A DNA stretch of 64,000 nt from an uncultured bacterium (GTDB lineage Bacteria; Cyanobacteriota; Cyanobacteriia; Cyanobacteriales; Chamaesiphonaceae): contig CAXTSZ010000002.1 of NCBI GenBank assembly GCA_964247125.1, positions 2,825-66,824 of the forward strand. Direction: 5' to 3'. Below, in pieces: positions 57,666 to 64,000 of this stretch. The notes under the pieces were generated by a model, which was not told the origin of the DNA, did not search any database, and saw nothing but the letters and a program-made list of their open reading frames with translations. The first letter of the stretch is position 1; each line of letters starts with the position of its first letter. The position numbers were made by a program, and so were the translations under genes.

Positions 57666-58342
57666 ACTAAGTCGGCTTCTTCGATGAGGGACTGTTCAGA
57701 CTTCAGACATTTTTCCCGATACAATAATTCCAGCTCATTGCCCGATCGCCGGAATAACTTGACTTGGTTAAAAAGCAAACCTTGAAAAATCCAATAAAAA
57801 GCCAAACTAGCGATCGCCACAATCATTCCTGTCGCGGTCGCAATCAACGATTGACTAATCCCCAAGGTGACATTATTGCCGGCCGCCGAGCCAAGTTCAT
57901 TTAATTTCATGCCATCTAGCGATCGAATCAAACCCAAGACCGTCCCCAATAGTCCTAGTAATGGCGCGAGCGCAATGATCGCTTGTAGGGTTTTCTCACC
58001 CCGTCGCATGGCATACAGCTCCTCTTCCGCAGCGGCTTCGAGCGCTAATTTAAAAGATTCGGGATCGAGTTGTTCCCGCTTGAGGGGAGCATACAAAAAA
58101 CGACCAATCGGCTTATGCCGCTCATTGCGGGCAAACTGCGTGGCTTGATCCCACTGGTCGGCAGTGCCGGCATCTAGTACCCGATCGATCGTTTCTTGCT
58201 CTCTGCTCAAAATTTTGGACCAAAACCAGAAACGCTCTAAAACCGTAGCAAGAGCCAACACTGACAAAAATGCCAGTGGCCACATGGCGACACCGCCCAG
58301 TTCAAATAAGCCACCCGGTCCAAAGAATTTGGTTATGGTCAC
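57662..58342 (-). CDS. exbB: MotA/TolQ/ExbB proton-channel protein
   Basis: APLLGLLGTVLGLI and SQSLIATATGMIVAI motifs, three TM helices. Confidence 0.85.
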   Translation of the reverse strand: MTITKFFGPGGLFELGGVAMWPLAFLSVLALATVLERFWFWSKILSREQETIDRVLDAGTADQWDQATQFARNERHKPIGRFLYAPLKREQLDPESFKLALEAAAEEELYAMRRGEKTLQAIIALAPLLGLLGTVLGLIRSLDGMKLNELGSAAGNNVTLGISQSLIATATGMIVAIASLAFYWIFQGLLFNQVKLFRRSGNELELLYREKCLKSEQSLIEEADLV

Positions 58343-58423
58343 AAGACTCTTCTCAACTAGTTCTGATATCTGGCATTGCCCCGTTCATCATAACAAAATA
58401 GGGGCGATCACGATGGCCAAATT

Positions 58424-59371
58424 GTGAGAGGATCGAAGGCGAAGGTCTGCAAGCAAAATACTGTGTCTACCAAACGCCGTCGGTCAATTCTTAATTTTGT
58501 CATTGTCACCGCTGTCATTACGACGCTGGGGGCCGTGCTGTCACCCCTCGCGATCGCCTGGTGGCAAAACAGTAATTTTTGTAATGCCCGACTCCCGATC
58601 GATAAAGTGACGGAGCTGCAAAACCAGGCATTGACTGCTGAAAAAACTTTATTAACTCAGCCAGAAGACCGCATCGCCTTAGAGACAGTAGTAAAAGCTA
58701 AATTGCAATTGAATGACCTGAAGGGGAGTGTGAGTGCGATCGAACGGCTGGCTACTCTCAACCCCCAAGTGCCCCAATATACGGTGCTATTGGCTCAGAC
58801 CCAGCAGTATTTAGGCGATCGAGAAACTGCCATAGCCAGCTATCGTAAGGTTTTGAATGACCAGCCCCAAAATATTCAGGCGCTGCAAGGATTAGTCAGC
58901 TTGTTAGTAGATGGCAAAAAACCAGAAGCGGCGATCGGCGATGTCCAAAAAGCCATCAATGCTCAGGTTGCTAGTGGCACTGCCACCGATGTGGCACCTT
59001 TGAAACTGCTACTGGCTCAAATTTATGTCAGTCAGCAGCGCCAAGCTGATGCTTTGCCTATTTACGATGAGCTAATGCAAGCTAACAGCCAAGATTTTCG
59101 GCCAGTGTTAGCCCGGGGAATTGTTTTCAAGCAGCTCGGCAATATGAACGAGGCTCAATCTTTGTTTAGTCGAGCGGTTGAACTTGCCCCCGCTCAGTAC
59201 AAAGACCAAATTCAAACGATGGCTAAATTAGCAGTGGTACCGACGATTAGCCCCAAGCTACCAACTCCTTTGCCTAGCGCCATTTCTGCCCCCACTGTAG
59301 CTCCTAGTCCACCGGGTGAAAGTGCTATGCCAATTTTGTCGCCGAGTCCAGCCGCGACTGCTACTCACTAA
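58424..59371 (+). CDS. Tetratricopeptide-repeat protein with N-terminal TM anchor
   Basis: TM helix FVIVTAVITTLGAVLSPLAIAWW followed by TPR-like A..Y...L...P.N..AL units. GTG start is uncertain. Confidence 0.65.
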   Translation: MRGSKAKVCKQNTVSTKRRRSILNFVIVTAVITTLGAVLSPLAIAWWQNSNFCNARLPIDKVTELQNQALTAEKTLLTQPEDRIALETVVKAKLQLNDLKGSVSAIERLATLNPQVPQYTVLLAQTQQYLGDRETAIASYRKVLNDQPQNIQALQGLVSLLVDGKKPEAAIGDVQKAINAQVASGTATDVAPLKLLLAQIYVSQQRQADALPIYDELMQANSQDFRPVLARGIVFKQLGNMNEAQSLFSRAVELAPAQYKDQIQTMAKLAVVPTISPKLPTPLPSAISAPTVAPSPPGESAMPILSPSPAATATH

Positions 59372-59384
59372 AATATCTAGATAT

Positions 59385-60266
59385 TTAGGTTGCTGGTTGC
59401 CAGCTTTGCAAAAATCTTAATCCCTGCGCTTGGCCGTGAGCATAGGTCGTTCTTAGCCCCGCCGCACTAGCTCTCGTAAAGTCTACGCCCAGTTCCTTGA
59501 GATGCACAGCTGGCTTAATTACATGAATGGGTGTTTGTTGATAATGCGCTGGCACTGGGTCAATATGGAACATATCTTGGTACAGAATGCCCGGTTCATT
59601 ACTAATGGCAATCACTTCTTGGTAGCCCGCTTGTGCCATCGCCAAAGCTGGGCACAGACAAGTATAGGCCGCATCCACAAAGGGCTGACCTTCAATCCAG
59701 GCCGGTAAATCCCAGGCATGCATAATCCGGGAGGAAGCATAGGCCACTGCCGGGTAATTGTGAGCGGTAATGCGGCGGTGAACGCGATCGCTATGGGTGC
59801 TAAATAGCGCTAACTGTAAATGCTCATTGACCCACTGTCGATCCTTTTTGACCGAAGCCAGCATCAATTTTTTCCCCAGCGCCTGTGCCTGATCAGACTG
59901 AGTTTGCTGAATAGCGGCGGCAGTAATCACCGCATTAGTGGCAATGTATAAATGGGGCGTATCTGCTTGAAACAGCTGGGGGCGCAAAGCTTGACTAAAG
60001 GTTCTAATGCCGCGTTGCATGACCTTACTCATATTTTGCTGCGGTAATTGCAACGCTTCCCAACCCGCTAGCCAATAGTTAATACCCAAATCTGTCGCCC
60101 GACCCAACACTGCCCAGCTCGCCGGAATCACCGAAGAGGAGGCCGCTGCATAGGCATCAGCCTTGATCCCAGCTTGCTCCAAGGCCGTCAGCACCCCATG
60201 GGTAAAGGCTCCCTTAAAACTCCCGACGGGCGTAGCGATCGCCAAGGATTTGCGACGATTGGGCAT
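59385..60266 (-). CDS. Hypothetical protein (possibly a degenerate patatin-like fold)
   Basis: 293 aa. The N-terminal GSFKGAFTHGVLTALEQAGIK...AASSS weakly resembles patatin GxGxxG / GxSxG blocks, but both are degenerate. The start ATG overlaps the gatA stop (TAATG). Confidence 0.4.
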   Translation of the reverse strand: MPNRRKSLAIATPVGSFKGAFTHGVLTALEQAGIKADAYAAASSSVIPASWAVLGRATDLGINYWLAGWEALQLPQQNMSKVMQRGIRTFSQALRPQLFQADTPHLYIATNAVITAAAIQQTQSDQAQALGKKLMLASVKKDRQWVNEHLQLALFSTHSDRVHRRITAHNYPAVAYASSRIMHAWDLPAWIEGQPFVDAAYTCLCPALAMAQAGYQEVIAISNEPGILYQDMFHIDPVPAHYQQTPIHVIKPAVHLKELGVDFTRASAAGLRTTYAHGQAQGLRFLQSWQPAT

Positions 60267-61714
60267 TAGATCTGGGGTCGCTGTTGGTGCCAGGTAGTAG
60301 ATTGCTCATAGACATAAGATGCCTGGAGCAATAAATCTTCCCGTAAGACATTGCCAATAATTTGCATCCCGATCGGCATCCCTTGCGCATCAAAACCACA
60401 CGGAATACTAATACCGGGTAAGCCGGCCAAGTTGACTGGAATTGTCATCAGGTCAGAGAGATACATGCTGAGGGGGTCAGCAGTCTTTTCACCAGCTTTA
60501 AAAGCGGTGGTCGGCGTAGTGGGGGTGATTAAGATATCGACCTGACCAAAGGCCGCTTCAAAATCTTGCTTGATCAGCGTGCGGACTTTCTGTGCCTTTA
60601 AGTAATAGGCATCGTAGTAGCCAGCTGATAAGGCATAGGTACCAAGCATAATGCGGCGTTTGACCTCCGCGCCAAAGCCGTCCGCTCTAGTTTGAGTGTA
60701 CATCGACATCAAATTGTCGGTCTGCGTCCGCATGCCGTATTTGACCCCGTCATAACGAGCCAAATTGGCGGAAGCTTCCGAAGGAGCTAACACGTAGTAG
60801 GTGGGTAGACCATAGCGAAAACGCGGACAGGAAATTTCTTGCACCGTGGCACCTAAAGCCTGGAACTGCGCCACTGCTTTTTGGACAGCTGCTGCCACTA
60901 CTGGGTCTAAGCCCTCGCCAAAGGTTTCGGTAATCACGCCGACCCGTAAGCCTTTGGGTAGTTCTGGCTGGAGTAACTCGGCATATTTTGGAATCTGGAC
61001 ATTTAAACTAGTGGAATCTTGGGGGTCGTAACCGGCGATCGCTTCTAATAAAATTGCCGCATCTTCTACCGTCCGGCCAAAGGGGCCAATTTGGTCGAGG
61101 GAAGAAGCATAGGCCACCAACCCAAATCTAGACACCAAGCCATAGGTGGGCTTTAATCCTACTACTCCACAAAAAGCCGCTGGCTGGCGAATGGAACCAC
61201 CCGTATCCGAACCCAGCGAGACTACTGCTTGGTCAGCGGCCACCGCTGCTGCGGAGCCACCGGAAGAACCACCGGGAACCCGGGTAATGTCCCAGGGATT
61301 GGCGGTAACTTGGTAGCCAGAATTTTCGGTGGAACTGCCCATGGCAAATTCATCCATGTTAGTCTTGCCCAAGGCCACGGCTCCAGCTGCTTGGAGCTTG
61401 CCCGTGACCGTCGATTCGTAGGGCGGGATGAAGCCTTCTAGAATGCGCGAGCCACAGGTTGTTGGAATACCCTGCGTACACATATTGTCTTTGAGGGCGA
61501 TCGGAATCCCCGCCAGTAAACCAATCTCCGTGCCAGCGGCAATTTGCGCATCGACGACCTGCGCCTGTTGCAGCGCCGTCTCGGGAGTAACACACAAAAA
61601 ACTGCGCAGCTGTGGCTCTAACGATTGCAACCGTTCTAATGCCGCCTGGGTGATCTCGACAGCAGAGCGCTCTTTGCTCACCAGCTGTTGGTGTAACTCA
61701 CGAATAGATGCCAT
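60266..61714 (-). CDS. gatA: Glu/Asp-tRNA amidotransferase subunit A
   Basis: Amidase signature [12 protein letters not shown] and [11 protein letters not shown] prefer the start [11 protein letters not shown] at 61714 to the tracked 61765. Confidence 0.9.
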   Translation of the reverse strand: MASIRELHQQLVSKERSAVEITQAALERLQSLEPQLRSFLCVTPETALQQAQVVDAQIAAGTEIGLLAGIPIALKDNMCTQGIPTTCGSRILEGFIPPYESTVTGKLQAAGAVALGKTNMDEFAMGSSTENSGYQVTANPWDITRVPGGSSGGSAAAVAADQAVVSLGSDTGGSIRQPAAFCGVVGLKPTYGLVSRFGLVAYASSLDQIGPFGRTVEDAAILLEAIAGYDPQDSTSLNVQIPKYAELLQPELPKGLRVGVITETFGEGLDPVVAAAVQKAVAQFQALGATVQEISCPRFRYGLPTYYVLAPSEASANLARYDGVKYGMRTQTDNLMSMYTQTRADGFGAEVKRRIMLGTYALSAGYYDAYYLKAQKVRTLIKQDFEAAFGQVDILITPTTPTTAFKAGEKTADPLSMYLSDLMTIPVNLAGLPGISIPCGFDAQGMPIGMQIIGNVLREDLLLQASYVYEQSTTWHQQRPQI

Positions 61715-61812
61715 AGAAAAATTCCGCAACGAAGTGAATGCTGGCTTGGGCAAGCCGTTCTGCATTATAAATGATTTGCTTACTTCCAGTACAGCGCCAT
61801 TGATCTGTTGGA

Positions 61813-62586
61813 CTAGGCAGTTTTTTGTAATAAGCGTTCTTTAATAACCAGCAGTACGAACTGGGGCAATACCAATATCCGTCGCCAGCGACTCGGTTCT
61901 TGAGCCAAACGAAATAGCCATTCCAGGTTGAGTTTTTGGATGAGTGCTGGCGCCCGCCGCTTGGTGCCCGACCACACATCAAAACTACCGCCGACACCGA
62001 CCCAGATCGATCGAGGACAAATATGCTGGTGCTGGTTAATCCAGATTTCCTGGCGCGGAATCCCCAGCGCCACCAAAATAATGCGGGGTTGTTGAGCTTG
62101 TAATTCCTGGAGGAGCTGGTTTTGCTCGGCTTCGTTGATATAACCGTGGTGTTGGATGACGATCGAGAGTTGTGGTAATTGTTGCTGCCAAAAATCTATG
62201 GCTTTTGGCAATATTTCTGGTTTACCGCCATAAAAAGCGACGGGGCATTCTCCCCCTCGTTCGCCAGCAACCTCTAGCAGTTTGGCACCTAAATCAATGC
62301 CAGCGCAGCGCTGCTGACTAATACCATTGAGTTTCAAGGCCATGATCACCCCGACCCCATCCGCAATGACTAGACCAGCTTGTTGGATGACAGCAGCTAA
62401 CTGTGAGTCTTGCCTAGCCTGCATTACCATTTCAGAATTCATGGTGATCACATGAATCCCCATCCCTCGATCCAATCGACTGATTAACCATCCCAAGTAA
62501 TCTGAGGCCAGACTTACTGATTGCCCTAGAATTGAATATTTTTGCAGAGTTTCATTCACAGATTTTAGGTCTACCAATGGTACCAA
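61813..62586 (-). CDS. WecB/TagA/CpsF-family glycosyltransferase
   Basis: [18 protein letters not shown], and [14 protein letters not shown] motifs. Confidence 0.8.
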   Translation of the reverse strand: MVPLVDLKSVNETLQKYSILGQSVSLASDYLGWLISRLDRGMGIHVITMNSEMVMQARQDSQLAAVIQQAGLVIADGVGVIMALKLNGISQQRCAGIDLGAKLLEVAGERGGECPVAFYGGKPEILPKAIDFWQQQLPQLSIVIQHHGYINEAEQNQLLQELQAQQPRIILVALGIPRQEIWINQHQHICPRSIWVGVGGSFDVWSGTKRRAPALIQKLNLEWLFRLAQEPSRWRRILVLPQFVLLVIKERLLQKTA

Positions 62587-62738
62587 TTTTATATACTTTA
62601 GATAGTCTTAAATAGACCTTTTGTGTCAATTTCGTTTGACAAATATTATAATGGTACTCGTCACTTCATCCGAATTGTCGGCAGATTCAGATCTGTTATT
62701 TTCCAGGCGCATCGATACCTTAACATTTGATACCAACA

Positions 62739-63211
62739 TGAGTTTATCATCTAGTTCTTTTATCTCAGTGGCGACCAGCACTGCTCTCAGTGGATTATCG
62801 GCGATGGCAGCTTACTCTAACACTGTTCAAAGTTCGGTGGTAACTAGCTCCAGTTCCACATCAAGTTCTAGCTCCAGTAATTCTGAAGTACAACAATCCA
62901 CCATCACCATTAATCGCAGTAGCTTGACCGGAGCTGCTATATTCCTAAAGATTGATACTGCGGCCAATGCTCAGGTTAAAGGAGTAGTGAAAATTAATGG
63001 TCAAGTAGTGGCGAGTTTACCAAGTGCTAGCTTGATCAATTTAACCAGCTGCCTTCATCAATCAACCTGCGAAATTGATATTGCGGGTACATATCTACCC
63101 ACGGCTGCGGTCAAGACCGAAATTTATAGCACAAACAATACACTGCGCTCTACGCTGCAAAGTAGTGGCAGTGGCATGTTGCACCAAAAAATGGTGCTAA
63201 ACATCATCTAG
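62739..63211 (+). CDS. Ser/Thr-rich hypothetical protein
   Basis: MSLSSSSFISVATSTALSGLSAMAAY... then a poly-Ser tract SSSSTSSSSSSNS. The tracked ORF begins at TTG 62621 and the start is uncertain. A possible TTGTGT-17-TATTAT promoter lies at 62621-62649. Confidence 0.45.
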
Positions 63212-63213
63212 AC

Positions 63214-63468
63214 TTAGCCGCTGAGTTGATCTAGCAGCCAACTCGCCACGGGCTGACCATCTTTACGCTTCAGATCAATGTCTACAATTTGGACTTCGCG
63301 GGAGCCAGGAGCGGCAGGGCGTTTGGTAAAAGAGATTTCGTAATCGGCGGCATTTTCATTGCGCTCTTTGAGCCAATCTTGAACTTTGATACTGGCAAAC
63401 AAGCTCTGACCATCTTGAAACATGCGCGAAATTTGTAGCTGGAGGCTGTAAGGAGTGTATTTAGCCAC
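63214..63468 (-). CDS. Small conserved hypothetical protein (84 aa)
   Basis: Clean ORF immediately downstream of the DUF3531 gene on the same strand. No motif assigned. Confidence 0.5.
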   Translation of the reverse strand: MAKYTPYSLQLQISRMFQDGQSLFASIKVQDWLKERNENAADYEISFTKRPAAPGSREVQIVDIDLKRKDGQPVASWLLDQLSG

Positions 63469-63505
63469 GTTGGGGCTCCGGTAAAATTAACATGTGTACT
63501 TTAGC

Positions 63506-63967
63506 TCAGTTATCGTCATTTTCGTCATAGAAAAGAGATTGTTGATGGTCCAGTTCTACCGGCCAATCTTCGTTCTCACCACCAATTACCAGCCGATCGA
63601 GTTCTACATACTCTACGCTTAAGCGCTGTAAGGCGTTGATCAAGACATCGAGGGCGATCGCATCACTAGTCCCCAAATCAAACCAACATCTACCCCAGGT
63701 TCCTAAATATTCAATTTCACCCATGTTGTGCATGACAGCCATCAAGCTATCATCGGCAAGACGCGGATTGTAGTCCATATAGCTCAGATCCAAGCCAGTT
63801 TCTTGCACCTGCATGTTCTCCGCATTAAAACTACCCAGTTTCCCCAGAAAAAACCATGAAGAAAAAGTCTCCTCAATGAGGTTTTGCTCTTGGGTGGAAG
63901 GCACAGTTTTGAATTCTAGCCAAAACCAAACATTGAAGGGGTTGAATTCCCGAAAGACGATTTCCAT
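63506..63967 (-). CDS. DUF3531 domain protein
   Basis: REFNPFNVWFWLEF....SWFFLGKLG.FNAENMQV and GRCWFDLGTSDA blocks, as I recall for DUF3531 (cyanobacteria/plastid lineage). Confidence 0.65.
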   Translation of the reverse strand: MEIVFREFNPFNVWFWLEFKTVPSTQEQNLIEETFSSWFFLGKLGSFNAENMQVQETGLDLSYMDYNPRLADDSLMAVMHNMGEIEYLGTWGRCWFDLGTSDAIALDVLINALQRLSVEYVELDRLVIGGENEDWPVELDHQQSLFYDENDDN

Positions 63968-64000
63968 GGCACTCCTCGAAACAAGCTATATTGTAACCGG

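Overview
This is a cyanobacterial chromosomal segment. The evidence is frequent HIP1 GCGATCGC / CGATCG palindromes and cyanobacteria-typical genes: ccmP, devBCA, LL-DAP aminotransferase dapL, a panC-cmk fusion, DUF4330, DUF3531, TIGR02652 and PATAN/DUF4388 proteins. About 70 genes are packed tightly on both strands, and most are housekeeping or conserved hypotheticals. I found no rRNA, tRNA, CRISPR array or intact IS element. Three stretches look accessory. (1) nt ~670-3000 is a small islet of decayed and addiction-type genes. It holds an orphan Phd/DUF2281-like antitoxin, a 46-codon pectate-lyase-superfamily fragment, and a SUKH-1/SMI1 immunity-type gene behind a degraded upstream region. It also holds a MazF/RHH-antitoxin cassette bracketed by two copies of a ~70-nt repeat, and a truncated xisI remnant abutting ccmP. 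(2) nt ~31.3-37.4 kb is a strongly AT-rich island. It encodes two GT-C-type membrane glycosyltransferases, an acyltransferase-3, a SAM methyltransferase and an unrecognisable 252-aa protein, followed by a CYP110-like P450. (3) nt 43264-45133 is a low-GC two-gene cassette wedged between an Hsp70-like gene and hemW. It pairs an ABC/OLD-type AAA_21-like ATPase with a DUF3696-like tail and an overlapping PIN-like nuclease gene. It resembles Septu/PARIS/Gabija-style ATPase+nuclease defence modules, but I do not recognise the PIN effector combination as a named system, so it is my top candidate for an undescribed system. Secondary points are a stand-alone HerA/FtsK-like ATPase, a hairpin-dense ~830-nt intergenic region upstream of the GH57 gene, a PATAN/Hpt/V4R signalling cluster, and an IS630-like HTH-only protein. 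All family calls come from motif recognition by eye. No database search was run.
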